Of a stretch of DNA of 64,000 bases, positions 1-9,889 are shown one piece after another. Source of the DNA: Schlesneria sp. (GTDB taxonomy: Bacteria; Planctomycetota; Planctomycetia; Planctomycetales; Planctomycetaceae); NCBI GenBank assembly GCA_028291515.1, contig JAQGHU010000093.1, forward strand, positions 16,486-80,485. Reading direction: 5' to 3'. A program made the translations under genes and the position numbers. The notes beneath the pieces are model-generated. The model had not been told where the DNA came from. It saw only the letters and a list, made by a program, of their open reading frames with translations, and searched no databases. Numbering within the stretch: the stretch's first letter is position 1; the number at the start of each line of letters is the position of its first letter.

Positions 1-1
1 A

Positions 2-1264
2 GAGCCCGTCGACGACACGCGGGTATTCGGCGTGGGGACTCGCATCGATATCAATGGAAAGACGCAGCCATCGCCGAAAGATCAGCCACTGGCACTCGTC
101 GCCTCGGCCGCGCTATCGTATCGGGAGCGTCGGCTTTTGGGACCGGGAACCGACGCCGAATCGTTCCGCTCTGTTCGCGACTACGAGCAAACGCTCACCG
201 AAATCGATGCCGGTGGTCAGAAGTCGAGTGTGCAGTTAGCCGACTCACTGAAGTTAATGGTCGCTCAAGGTCGCCCCGATGGCGTGGAACTCTATAGCCT
301 CGGTGGCGCATTAACCTCGAACGAACTCGATCTGCTTCGCTCACCAGCCGATAGTCTGGCGTTGATGGCTCTCCTGCCGACGAAAGAGGTTGAAATCGGT
401 GATAAGTGGCTTGTCCCCACTTGGGCATTTCAGATGCTGACCGCGATGGATGCGGTTGTGAAGGGCGAACTCGCTTGCACACTGATCTCCGTGGAAAAGC
501 AGATCGCCAAGATCAAGCTCGACGGCAAACTTGAAGGAGCGGCATTGTCCGCCGTCAGCGAGATCACCGTGAACGGATTCTTCGAATATGATTTGACTCA
601 AAAATGCATTTCGCAATGCGATTTCACGCAAGTGGAAAAGCGAGGGCTCGGCCCAGTCGTACCCGCGTTCGAGTTCACCGCGCGGGTCCGCTTGCTTCGC
701 AAGCCGGCTCAACTTCCCGGCCGGTTGTCGGAGAAGAAGAATATCGACCTGGCTGCCAACGAGCCGAAACCGTCGGTACGCTTTCTACGGTTCGAATCAC
801 CTTGGAATATTGGTTTCGACTACCCGCGCTACTGGCATCTCTGGAAGATCCACGACAGAGCGGCCATCTTCCGATTGATTGATGAAGGCAATTTCGTCGC
901 CCAATGCGATTTGGCACCGCTGAATCCGGCAAAACCGGGCGAACATCTGGCGGAAGCCGTGTTCGTACGAGACATCCAGACTGCGATGGGTGAGCGAATC
1001 AAGTCGATGGGAACTGGCGAAGTGATCTCCACAGCAGATCGTCGGTTCATTTATCGTATTTCGGCCACAGGCGCCGAAGGGGAGCGGCAGTTAACCTGGA
1101 TCTTCTACCTGATCGCCGATCACACGGGCCGCCAGGCGTCACTCTCGGTCACGGTCGATACAGCGCTCGTCGAAACACTGGCGAATCGCGAACGGGAATT
1201 CGTCAACAATCTTCGGTTCGGCCCAGCGCCAGTGACTCCAACGGCGCGGACGACCAGCCGATAA
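2..1264 (+). CDS. Hypothetical protein, 5' end runs off the window
   Basis: Frame is open from position 2 (EPVDDTRVFGVGTRIDING...) to TAA at 1264; >410 aa; no family recognised. Confidence 0.75.
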   Translation, partial: EPVDDTRVFGVGTRIDINGKTQPSPKDQPLALVASAALSYRERRLLGPGTDAESFRSVRDYEQTLTEIDAGGQKSSVQLADSLKLMVAQGRPDGVELYSLGGALTSNELDLLRSPADSLALMALLPTKEVEIGDKWLVPTWAFQMLTAMDAVVKGELACTLISVEKQIAKIKLDGKLEGAALSAVSEITVNGFFEYDLTQKCISQCDFTQVEKRGLGPVVPAFEFTARVRLLRKPAQLPGRLSEKKNIDLAANEPKPSVRFLRFESPWNIGFDYPRYWHLWKIHDRAAIFRLIDEGNFVAQCDLAPLNPAKPGEHLAEAVFVRDIQTAMGERIKSMGTGEVISTADRRFIYRISATGAEGERQLTWIFYLIADHTGRQASLSVTVDTALVETLANREREFVNNLRFGPAPVTPTARTTSR

Positions 1265-1541
1265 CTCATCAAGATTTCTCTATCACTACCGCCAATGGAT
1301 TCGTCTACCGCGATGACGACAACTCCATCTGACGCCGGGAAAGTCCGTTCGCAATTGCCGTCATTGATGAGTTTATAAGCTGCGTTCGCCCGAAATAAGC
1401 ACAGAAACGGTGCTTCGACCGTAACTTCCATTCCTTACAGTTCGCAAAACCCCTCTTGTCCGGCATTCAGTGCCGAACTAACATCCCGCCGCGCTTTCGT
1501 TTGGCGTAAGTCCAAGTTCTGGTAGCCCTTCAAGGCACGGT

Positions 1542-2819
1542 ATGATCCGGGCCAACCTCAGACGCATTCGTCATATCACATTCGCCGTGGTCCTCTTGGG
1601 ACTATCGTTGTGCGGAGCCGAAGTCGGTGTGCGCATATATGAGGTCACTCACGGCAAGTCGATCAGTGAGACGACGCAGTCCGAATGCCTCATTGACCCC
1701 ACGCAGCTAACGGTCCCGTCTTGGCAAACTAATTTCGAATTGAAGCCGCATGCGGTCGCCGAAGTGAAGTGCCGCGACTCGAAAAGTAAGATCGAAGTTC
1801 GGACGAACAGCCTGGGGCTGCGAGGTGCCGAAGTCGCCATTCCAAAGCCGCCTCAGACTTATCGCATCGTAGTGCTAGGTGATGAAACGATCTTTGCACC
1901 GGAGACATCAGAAGACGATCACTTCATCCGCCAAGTGGGGAACCTGTTGCACCAGAGGACTCGGCTAAACGTCGAAGTGATCAACGCCGGTATTCCTGGA
2001 GCATGTCCGCTCACAGAATTTTTGTTGCTGAAGCAGAAGTTGCTCGCCATTCAGCCGGATCTCGTCATTCTGCACTATGACTGGTCCGATGTGATGGATG
2101 ACAGACAGCTACGTCGACGGACGCGAAGCGATGCACAGGGGACGCCGGTTTCATGTGCACACGTCAGTCTTCAACCAGTGAATCGAAAGCCGCATCCGTT
2201 GGATCACTTGCGGCAGCAGTTTCGTCTGGTCGATTGGGGACTGGTCGCGGCGGGCGAGCAATGGAAGCAACAGATCAGCAAGCAGGCCGCAACCAGCCGC
2301 GATATGGGAACGAACGCGTACGCTTGGTTGCGCAAGGAACAACTTCAGAACGATGTCACGCTGGGTCAGTCGTTTCGACCGATCACGGACGTGGCTCGAC
2401 TGGCGCACGGGGCCAACTTCCAGTTGATGGTGGTGACATCTCCGAAACCATGGCAAGTTTCCACAAAATGCACGAACGCAGCGGGAGTCCGTTTGAAATG
2501 CGGGGTTTCACCGGACGCCGTTTATCCCAATCGAGCTCCCTTTGATGCTCTGAGCGCGTTCGCTGCCAACGCTAATTTGCCCTATTTAGACTTATCGCCG
2601 GCACTCACGGAAGCTGACCGACCCGAAGCGAATTACTTGAGATATGCCCCTCGCTGGTCTCTATCTGGTCATCACCGAGTTGCTGAGTACTTGGCGACGT
2701 TTTTGGTTGAGCGAATTCCCGGACCATGGAATAGTCGATATTTTGAACGTGAGAATCAACAACTGGGGCAAGAGCCGGAATCGCGAGACTCGGTTCGATG
2801 GGCGAGCGGTATTCGCTAG
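1542..2819 (+). CDS. Membrane-anchored SGNH/GDSL hydrolase-like protein with degenerate catalytic motifs
   Basis: N-terminal hydrophobic helix; block I IVVLGDE (normally GDS), block [10 protein letters not shown], block [11 protein letters not shown]; no DxxH. Confidence 0.7.
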   Translation: MIRANLRRIRHITFAVVLLGLSLCGAEVGVRIYEVTHGKSISETTQSECLIDPTQLTVPSWQTNFELKPHAVAEVKCRDSKSKIEVRTNSLGLRGAEVAIPKPPQTYRIVVLGDETIFAPETSEDDHFIRQVGNLLHQRTRLNVEVINAGIPGACPLTEFLLLKQKLLAIQPDLVILHYDWSDVMDDRQLRRRTRSDAQGTPVSCAHVSLQPVNRKPHPLDHLRQQFRLVDWGLVAAGEQWKQQISKQAATSRDMGTNAYAWLRKEQLQNDVTLGQSFRPITDVARLAHGANFQLMVVTSPKPWQVSTKCTNAAGVRLKCGVSPDAVYPNRAPFDALSAFAANANLPYLDLSPALTEADRPEANYLRYAPRWSLSGHHRVAEYLATFLVERIPGPWNSRYFERENQQLGQEPESRDSVRWASGIR

Positions 2820-2881
2820 CTTTTTGTCGACCATTCATCGCTGAATTGATCTACCACCTGCGACGTACTGCGGAGAACATC

Positions 2882-4117
2882 ATGAGTGAAGCGGCTTCAA
2901 AATCTGAACTATTCTTTCACAAGGCGGCAGATCACCTTGGCCTTTCCGCCCGGATGCGGACGCTGCTGCTGACCCCCGAACGTGACGTTAAAGTTCAGGT
3001 GGCGATTCGCCTCGACAACGGCGAGATCGAAACGTTCGTGGGTTATCGAGTCCAGCATGATAGTGCTCGCGGACCGATGAAAGGGGGCCTGCGCTATCAC
3101 CCGCAAGTTGACGACGCCGAAGTCCGCACGCTGGCTCAATTGATGACCTGGAAAACCGCAGTTGTCGATCTTCCTTATGGGGGAGCCAAAGGAGGAATCG
3201 CGATTGATCCTCGCACTCTCAGCAGGGCCGAACTGGAGCGGCTGACTCGTAAGTTCGTCGATCAGATCCACGACATGGTCGGCCCCGATACTGATATTCC
3301 AGCACCCGACATGGGAACCAACGCGCAGGTGATGGCCTGGTTCATGAACCAGTACCAGAAGCATCACGGCTTTCAGCCTGCCTGCGTCACGGGCAAGCCC
3401 TTGGAACTGCATGGCTGCGAAGGCCGCGAAGAAGCGACCGGCCGTGGAGTCGTGATCGTCACCGAGCGGATGTTCCATCGCCTCGGTCAGAAACTGGCAG
3501 GCAAGACAGTCGCACTACAAGGCTTCGGTAATGTCGGCAGCCATTGCGCGAATCTACTGTTTGAACGCGGTGCTCGAGTCGTCGCGATTACCGATCAGCA
3601 AGGTGGCGTCCAGAATCCGGCGGGTCTCGATATTCCGGCACTCATGCCCTATGTCAAAGAACACGACGGCGTCGCCGGATTTCCCGGAGGCAAACCACTC
3701 TCAAACGAGGAACTGTTTTCCGCTCCGGTCGATGTGCTGATCCCTGCGGCCCTGGGGGGGCAACTGACTGCCGAAACTGCCCCCACGGTTCAAGCCAAAT
3801 ACGTTGTCGAGGCGGCGAACGATCCTACCACTCCAGAAGCCGATGAGATCTTCCTCAAGAAGGGAATCACAGTCGTACCAGATATCCTCGCGAACGCAGG
3901 CGGTGTGTCAGTGAGCTATTTCGAATGGGTCCAGAACCGCTCCGTCGTTCATTGGCCTCTGGAGGAAATCCGCAATCGGCTGGAGACCCGAATGTCATCC
4001 GCTTTCGATGCCGTCTGGCAAATCGCGAACGAAAAACAAGTTCCTCTCCGCACGGCCGCCTACATTCTGGGAATTGGACGAGTTGCCCGAGCGACGGAGT
4101 TGGCTGGGGTCTCGTGA
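2882..4117 (+). CDS. gdhA: Glu/Leu/Phe/Val dehydrogenase (glutamate dehydrogenase)
   Basis: [52 protein letters not shown]; start moved to ATG 2882. Confidence 0.93.
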   Translation: MSEAASKSELFFHKAADHLGLSARMRTLLLTPERDVKVQVAIRLDNGEIETFVGYRVQHDSARGPMKGGLRYHPQVDDAEVRTLAQLMTWKTAVVDLPYGGAKGGIAIDPRTLSRAELERLTRKFVDQIHDMVGPDTDIPAPDMGTNAQVMAWFMNQYQKHHGFQPACVTGKPLELHGCEGREEATGRGVVIVTERMFHRLGQKLAGKTVALQGFGNVGSHCANLLFERGARVVAITDQQGGVQNPAGLDIPALMPYVKEHDGVAGFPGGKPLSNEELFSAPVDVLIPAALGGQLTAETAPTVQAKYVVEAANDPTTPEADEIFLKKGITVVPDILANAGGVSVSYFEWVQNRSVVHWPLEEIRNRLETRMSSAFDAVWQIANEKQVPLRTAAYILGIGRVARATELAGVS

Positions 4118-4257
4118 TGCCTCAGAGAGGGTTTGAATATTCAAATTCTTCCGTGCAGTCCGCACATCCGGTTTGACTCTCGTTCTGAGGTGGCCTACCA
4201 TCTGACGAAGATTGAAGTTCCGGGGTGTCGCCCCTGATGTAAGTTTGACTGAAACAG

Positions 4258-4344
4258 ATGCCTTCATTCACCACCTTCGCCTTCCAATCAGCCGATGCCA
4301 CGAGCATTCGGATTGAGATCGTGATTATTACCGGAGTTTGCTAG
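4258..4344 (+). CDS. Ile/Val-rich leader peptide of cimA (28 aa)
   Basis: Hand translation MPSFTTFAFQSADATSIRIEIVIITGVC*; 5 Ile and 2 Val in the last 13 codons; directly upstream of a terminator. Confidence 0.82.
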   Translation: MPSFTTFAFQSADATSIRIEIVIITGVC

Positions 4345-4375
4345 CGGCCGGGGTGGCGAAATTACGAATCGACAC

Positions 4376-4410
4376 AAGCCCTCAGGCCGCACCTGAGGGC
4401 TTCTTTTTTG
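4376..4410 (+). terminator. Intrinsic terminator of the cimA attenuator
   Basis: Perfect 11-bp stem AAGCCCTCAGG/CCTGAGGGCTT, loop CCGCA, then CTTTTTTG; ends 27 nt before the cimA ATG. Confidence 0.85.
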
Positions 4411-4436
4411 ACCTGCGAATGATTGAAAGTTCGAAC

Positions 4437-6008
4437 ATGTCCCGCATCCAGATCTACGATACGACCCTTCGCGATGGCAGCCAGGGTGAGGGGGTTAACT
4501 TCTCACTGCAGGACAAGTTGCTCATTACGCAGAAACTGGACGATCTGGGTGTGGACTTCGTCGAGGGAGGCTATCCACTATCGAACCCCAAAGATGCGGA
4601 ATATTTTGCGAAAGTGCTCGACCTGCCGCTCAAGCACGCGAAAATCTGCTCCTTCGGGATGACTCGTCGAAAGGGCTGCGCTCCCGAAGATGACATCGGT
4701 ATGTGTGCCTTGCGCGATGCCAAAACACCGATTGTCACGATCGTGGGTAAGACCTGGGATCTGCATGTCTTCGAGGTGCTGCATATCAGCGAAGAAGAAA
4801 ACCTGGCCATGATCCGCGATTCGGTGGGCTTTCTGCGAGCCGAAGGTCGCGAAGTCTTTTATGACGCAGAACACTTCTTCGACGGCTTCCGTGCCAATCC
4901 CGAGTTTGCACTGAAGACAGTTCTTGCGGCTCAGAACGCGGGAGCCAGCACCATTGTGCTCTGTGACACCAATGGTGGTCGTCTCCCCGAAGACATCGCT
5001 GCTGCCGTCGACGCTGTGCGCCGCGAATTGAAAGTCCCTGTCGGCATCCACGTTCATAACGACGGTGAGTTGGCCGTGGCCAACTCATTAATGGCCGTGG
5101 ATCACGGCGCGATCCAGGTCCAGGGAACGATCAACGGTATCGGCGAGCGATGCGGTAACGCGGACCTGATCAGTGTCATCGGGAATCTGGCCCTTAAGAA
5201 AGGCTATGAGGTGCTGAAGCCCGGTGGCATAGGACACCTGACCGAGCTCTCTCGCTACGTCTACGAAATTGCGAACATGAACTTTCGCAATGGGCAGGCC
5301 TTCGTTGGAGCCAGCGCGTTCGCTCACAAGGGCGGAATGCACGTGCACGCGGTCAATCGATTGTCGACCAGCTACGAACATATCCCACCGGAATCCGTTG
5401 GCAACCAGCGACGGATCCTGGTCAGCGAGCTTTCGGGCCGCTCGAACATCATCGCGAAAACGACGAAGTATCAGATCAATGACGACAACGCCTTGATGTC
5501 CAAGATCCTGGAACGAGTCCAGGACCTGGAGAATGAAGGCTACCAATTCGAAGCGGCAGAGGCGTCGTTCGATCTGCTGGTCCGTAAGGAGGCCGGCGCA
5601 TATACGCCCAAGTTCGAACGACTCCAGTATCGCGTGAACGTCGAAACCACGGCAGGGCAGGGGACAGTCACCGAAGCTACCATTAAGTTGAAGGTGAATG
5701 ACCAATCCGAGCACGTCGTGGCCGAAGGCGACGGTCCCGTGAATGCATTAGACAATGCTCTTCGTAAAGCATTGTCATCGGCGTATCCGAACCTGAGCGA
5801 GATGCAGCTTGTCGATTATAAGGTTCGCGTGATCAACTCGGCCGAAGGGACTGCCGCGCGAGTCCGCGTCGTGATCGAAAGCCGCGATCACATGGATGTG
5901 TGGAGTACTGTCGGCGTCAGCGAAAACGTTATCGAAGCGAGTTGGCTGGCCTTGGTCGATAGCGTGGAATACAAATTGTATAAAGACGCTGAGGCCGCCA
6001 ATACCTAG
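4437..6008 (+). CDS. cimA: Citramalate synthase
   Basis: YDTTLRDGSQGEG, YDAEHFFDG, AFAHKGGMH, SELSGRSN and LeuA-type regulatory C-terminus; start moved to ATG 4437. Confidence 0.9.
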   Translation: MSRIQIYDTTLRDGSQGEGVNFSLQDKLLITQKLDDLGVDFVEGGYPLSNPKDAEYFAKVLDLPLKHAKICSFGMTRRKGCAPEDDIGMCALRDAKTPIVTIVGKTWDLHVFEVLHISEEENLAMIRDSVGFLRAEGREVFYDAEHFFDGFRANPEFALKTVLAAQNAGASTIVLCDTNGGRLPEDIAAAVDAVRRELKVPVGIHVHNDGELAVANSLMAVDHGAIQVQGTINGIGERCGNADLISVIGNLALKKGYEVLKPGGIGHLTELSRYVYEIANMNFRNGQAFVGASAFAHKGGMHVHAVNRLSTSYEHIPPESVGNQRRILVSELSGRSNIIAKTTKYQINDDNALMSKILERVQDLENEGYQFEAAEASFDLLVRKEAGAYTPKFERLQYRVNVETTAGQGTVTEATIKLKVNDQSEHVVAEGDGPVNALDNALRKALSSAYPNLSEMQLVDYKVRVINSAEGTAARVRVVIESRDHMDVWSTVGVSENVIEASWLALVDSVEYKLYKDAEAANT

Positions 6009-6098
6009 TGTGTTTCGGATTTCCTGATCCGTCAGTGATGATTCGCGGCCCTGAAGCGACCCGCTTTTCCCTTAGCGATGTTGGATGAATACATTTCA

Positions 6099-9000
6099 AT
6101 GACCACCGAAATCCCGAAGCAATACGAACCCGCCGCTGCTGAAGCCAAATGGTTTCCCTACTGGGAATCTCACGGCTATTTCAATGCCGACCCCAATCCT
6201 GCCAAGCCGCCGCATGTCATCATGATCCCGCTGCCAAACGTGACCGGTGCCTTGCACATGGGTCATGCGCTGAACGGCACGCTGCAGGATCTGCTCACTC
6301 GCTGGCGACGGATGCAGGGTTATGAGGCGCTCTGGATGCCCGGCACCGACCACGCGGGGATCGCGACGCAGTCGATGGTCGAAAAGCGGATGCTCGAGCA
6401 AGAAGGGCTGACTCGCCACGATGTGGGTCGCGAAGCCTTAATCAAGCGGATCTGGGACTGGAAGGACGCCTATGAAAAACGAATCCTCAGCCAATTGAAG
6501 AGCCTCGGCGCCAGTTGCGACTGGCGACGCGTGCGTTTCACGCTCGATGAAGTCTGCTCGCGCGCCGTGCGACAGACGTTCTTCAAGATGTTTAAAGACG
6601 GCCTGATTTTCCGCGGCAAGCGGCTGGTCAACTGGGACACGTTCCTGCAGACCGCCGTCGCCGATGACGAAGTCTATGAAGAAGAGATCGACGGTCACTT
6701 CTGGACTTTCAACTACCCCGTGGTGAATGAGGCAGGAGAGCCAACCGGCGAACGGATCTCATTCAGCACGACTCGCCCCGAAACGATGCTCGGCGATACG
6801 GCGGTGTGCGTGCATCCGACCGACGAGCGTTACACGCATCTGATCGGCAAGCATGTTCGCATCCCCGTGAACGGCCGCACAATCCCGATCGTGGCCGATG
6901 CGCTGCTGGCAGATAAGACACTCGGCACGGGTTGCGTGAAAGTGACGCCCGCACACGATCCGAACGACTACGCTTGTTGGACTCGCAACAAAGAGAAGAT
7001 GGGCGAGCCGATCAATATTTTGAACCCAAATGGGACGCTGAACGAAAATGGCGGTCCGTGGCAGGGACAGGATCGCCTCGTGGCGCGTGATGCCGTCATC
7101 GCCGAGATGGAAAAGCTCGGCCACTTTGAAAAGGTGGAAGATCGCAAGATCCCACTCAAGCACAGCGATCGCTCGAAGACACCGGTGGAACCGTATCTGT
7201 CCGAGCAGTGGTTCGTGAAAATGGACACGCTCGCCCAAGCTGCCATCGACGCGGCGAATGACGGCCGAGTGACCTTTTATCCCGAACGCTACAAGCAATC
7301 GTATCTAAGCTGGCTCGGTGAAAAGCGAGACTGGTGTATCAGCCGGCAACTCTGGTGGGGACACAGGATTCCTGTGTGGACAATTGAGATTCCGCTGGAC
7401 GAGGAATCTCGCGCACATTTTTTAAATGAGTTCGCCAGCATGGAGAAGCTGATTAACCAGCTTGAGTCAGTTGGAGACTCGCAGAACCGAGTACCAGAAC
7501 TTCGGCAAAAATTAGCCGAATTAGGTCGCGATTCTTTTCCTGCCACCGTGACGTCGCTGGTGTCAGAATTTGGTAACGCAATCTCACTGCAATCACATTT
7601 TTCGAGAAGCACAGCTAAACTCTACGCTCTCGTTTGTGTGCAACCTGATGAATCTTCCATCGAAGATAAGCTGAATAAGCGCGGTCTGCGTCAAGACGAA
7701 GACGTCCTCGATACCTGGTTCAGTTCCGCGCTCTGGCCGCATGCGACATTGGGATGGCCTGATCGCGATCACAATCCACCATTGGCGTCGGCGAACGGAA
7801 GCAGTTCCTCCTCAGCCTTTAGTACTCAGCCCTCAACCACTTCAACCAACGAAGTTCTGAATTACTTCTACCCCGGCAGTGTGCTGGTGACGTCACGCGA
7901 CATCATCACTCTGTGGGTCGCGCGGATGGTGTTGACGGGCCTGTACAACATGGGCGACGTGCCATTCAAGCATGTCTGCATCCATCCGAAGATCCAAGAC
8001 GGCTTCGGTCAGGGGATGTCCAAGAGCAAAGGGAATGGCGTCGATCCGAATGAGTTGATCGCAAAATACGGCTGCGACGGGATGCGGTTCACGATCGCTT
8101 CGTTTGCAGGTGAAACGCAAGACGTGCGCCTGCCTGTCGGCTACGAATGTCCGCATTGCCAGGCGATTATTCCTCAGGAACAACATCATCTGAAGTTCAA
8201 GCCAGGCAAACCGAAGATCAAGTGTCCGAAGTGTAAGAAAGAATCTCAGTACGCGACTCCCAATTACACACCTGACGAAGGTGAGCCCGTTGCGAGGATC
8301 GTGATCGAGCGATTCGAATACGGTCGCAACTTCAGCAACAAGCTGTGGAATGCCGCTCGTTTCGCGATGCTCAATCTGGAAGGCTACACGCCCGCACCGG
8401 TGGCCGACGCGGAGTTGGCGATCGAGGACCGCTGGATACTGTCGCGTCTGGCAACGGTGAGGGACGAAGTTTGGTCGTGCTTGAACATTTATAAGTTTGA
8501 CGCGGCCACAAGGTCTCTGCGCGACTTCGTCTGGAACGAGTTCTGTGACTGGTACCTGGAAATGGTCAAGCCGCGGCTGCGCGATGAAACGCAGAAGCCG
8601 GCGGCTCAGCGCGTCCTTGTGACAGTGCTCGACACCATTTTGAGACTATTGCATCCATTCACCCCTTTCATCACCGAAGAACTTTGGCAGCGACTGAAAG
8701 AGATTGCTCCTTCGCGGGGATTGCCAAACCCGATAGCAGCGGAAGACGCAGTCATTGTAGCCCTCTGGCCCACGAAACTGGACAAGTGGCGAGATGCGGC
8801 CTTGGAAGCCCGGTTCCAGCGTTTGCAGGAGTTGATCGTCGCCGTGCGCAACGTGCGCGGGGCCTACAACATCAGTCCGGCTGTGACGGTACCTGTTTCC
8901 GTGAAATGCTCGGCCGAGGTTGCCGCGGATTTGAATGCGGTGCGAGTCCAATTCGAGATGCTTGCCAAGTCGACTCTGTCGGCAGCGGGACCAGAAGTCA

Positions 9001-9278
9001 CTCGCCCTGAGACAGTCAGCGCCAGCTTTTCGCTGGGTGACGCCGACGGATATCTGCCGTTGGAAGGACTCGTCGATCTGCAGGCCGAACTCGCTCGACA
9101 GCAAAAAGAGGTGGAGAAGGTACGCGGCTTCATCGCGGGGCATGAAAAGAAGCTGACCAACCAAAGCTTCGTCGATCGCGCTCCCCCCGAAGTCGTGGCG
9201 GAAGTTCGAGACACGCTGACTGGACTGCAGAAGCAATTGGCCAGTATCGAAGAGATTATCACGCAACTCGGTGGATGA
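6099..9278 (+). CDS. valS: Valine--tRNA ligase with several insertions
   Basis: PLPNVTGALHMGH (HIGH), PGTDHAGIATQ, DWCISRQLWWGH, DVLDTWFSS, GMSKS (KMSKS), C-terminal coiled arm. Confidence 0.97.
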   Translation: MTTEIPKQYEPAAAEAKWFPYWESHGYFNADPNPAKPPHVIMIPLPNVTGALHMGHALNGTLQDLLTRWRRMQGYEALWMPGTDHAGIATQSMVEKRMLEQEGLTRHDVGREALIKRIWDWKDAYEKRILSQLKSLGASCDWRRVRFTLDEVCSRAVRQTFFKMFKDGLIFRGKRLVNWDTFLQTAVADDEVYEEEIDGHFWTFNYPVVNEAGEPTGERISFSTTRPETMLGDTAVCVHPTDERYTHLIGKHVRIPVNGRTIPIVADALLADKTLGTGCVKVTPAHDPNDYACWTRNKEKMGEPINILNPNGTLNENGGPWQGQDRLVARDAVIAEMEKLGHFEKVEDRKIPLKHSDRSKTPVEPYLSEQWFVKMDTLAQAAIDAANDGRVTFYPERYKQSYLSWLGEKRDWCISRQLWWGHRIPVWTIEIPLDEESRAHFLNEFASMEKLINQLESVGDSQNRVPELRQKLAELGRDSFPATVTSLVSEFGNAISLQSHFSRSTAKLYALVCVQPDESSIEDKLNKRGLRQDEDVLDTWFSSALWPHATLGWPDRDHNPPLASANGSSSSSAFSTQPSTTSTNEVLNYFYPGSVLVTSRDIITLWVARMVLTGLYNMGDVPFKHVCIHPKIQDGFGQGMSKSKGNGVDPNELIAKYGCDGMRFTIASFAGETQDVRLPVGYECPHCQAIIPQEQHHLKFKPGKPKIKCPKCKKESQYATPNYTPDEGEPVARIVIERFEYGRNFSNKLWNAARFAMLNLEGYTPAPVADAELAIEDRWILSRLATVRDEVWSCLNIYKFDAATRSLRDFVWNEFCDWYLEMVKPRLRDETQKPAAQRVLVTVLDTILRLLHPFTPFITEELWQRLKEIAPSRGLPNPIAAEDAVIVALWPTKLDKWRDAALEARFQRLQELIVAVRNVRGAYNISPAVTVPVSVKCSAEVAADLNAVRVQFEMLAKSTLSAAGPEVTRPETVSASFSLGDADGYLPLEGLVDLQAELARQQKEVEKVRGFIAGHEKKLTNQSFVDRAPPEVVAEVRDTLTGLQKQLASIEEIITQLGG

Positions 9279-9329
9279 CATTGACCGGTCTCATTCCTAT
9301 CATGAATGACTGTCACTGGAGATCAAACC

Positions 9330-9590
9330 ATGAATGTGCCACAAGATCTGCAACAGTTCGTCGGTCAGCAGCTATTGCTGGGGAACTACGAATCGGTTGA
9401 CGACTTGATTGTCGAAGCCCTGACATTACTGCGAGACAAACGTCAGGTGGAATTGTTTGCTGAGATCGACATTGGTCGGCAGCAGATCGAAAGAGGCGAA
9501 TGTGTCAGCTTGGAGACAGAAGATGAGGTTCGCGAATTCTTCACGGAAATTAAGCGGGGCAGAACAGCACGCTCGGAACCAGCGGCATGA
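9330..9590 (+). CDS. ParD-like (RHH) antitoxin
   Basis: 86 aa, GNYESVDDLIVEALTLL and EIDIGRQQIERGE; ATGA overlap with the toxin gene. Confidence 0.8.
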   Translation: MNVPQDLQQFVGQQLLLGNYESVDDLIVEALTLLRDKRQVELFAEIDIGRQQIERGECVSLETEDEVREFFTEIKRGRTARSEPAA

Positions 9591-9877
9591 ATCGGCGTCT
9601 GATCGTGTCGTCTATCGCGAAGATTGACCTCGCCAATATCTTTGATGCTATCGCGGCTCACAATACTGCGGCTGCGGAGCGACTCCTGGCGAAAATCGAA
9701 ACGTCCTGCCTGATGCTCGTCGCTCAACCGTTTGCAGGTCCAGCATTCAGCGAGCGTTATCCGGGATTACGATTCCGAGTCGTCGGGAAATACGTCGTAT
9801 TTTATCGGGTCTTCGATGATTCCGTTTGGATTCAACGAGTCCTACACAGCGCTCGGGATGCGACGCGCCTTCTTTAG
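9587..9877 (+). CDS. parE: ParE/RelE family toxin
   Basis: AKIDLANIFDAIA, YVVFYRV, IQRVLHSARD. Confidence 0.85.
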   Translation: MNRRLIVSSIAKIDLANIFDAIAAHNTAAAERLLAKIETSCLMLVAQPFAGPAFSERYPGLRFRVVGKYVVFYRVFDDSVWIQRVLHSARDATRLL

Positions 9878-9889
9878 CTAAAGTCTTTC

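Noticed and set aside
6009-6098. T-box or other leader for valS
   Set aside because: The gap is only 90 nt, with no T-box consensus and no terminator
7381-7680. Intein in valS
   Set aside because: No Cys/Ser start with His-Asn end, no LAGLIDADG or HINT motifs, and too short
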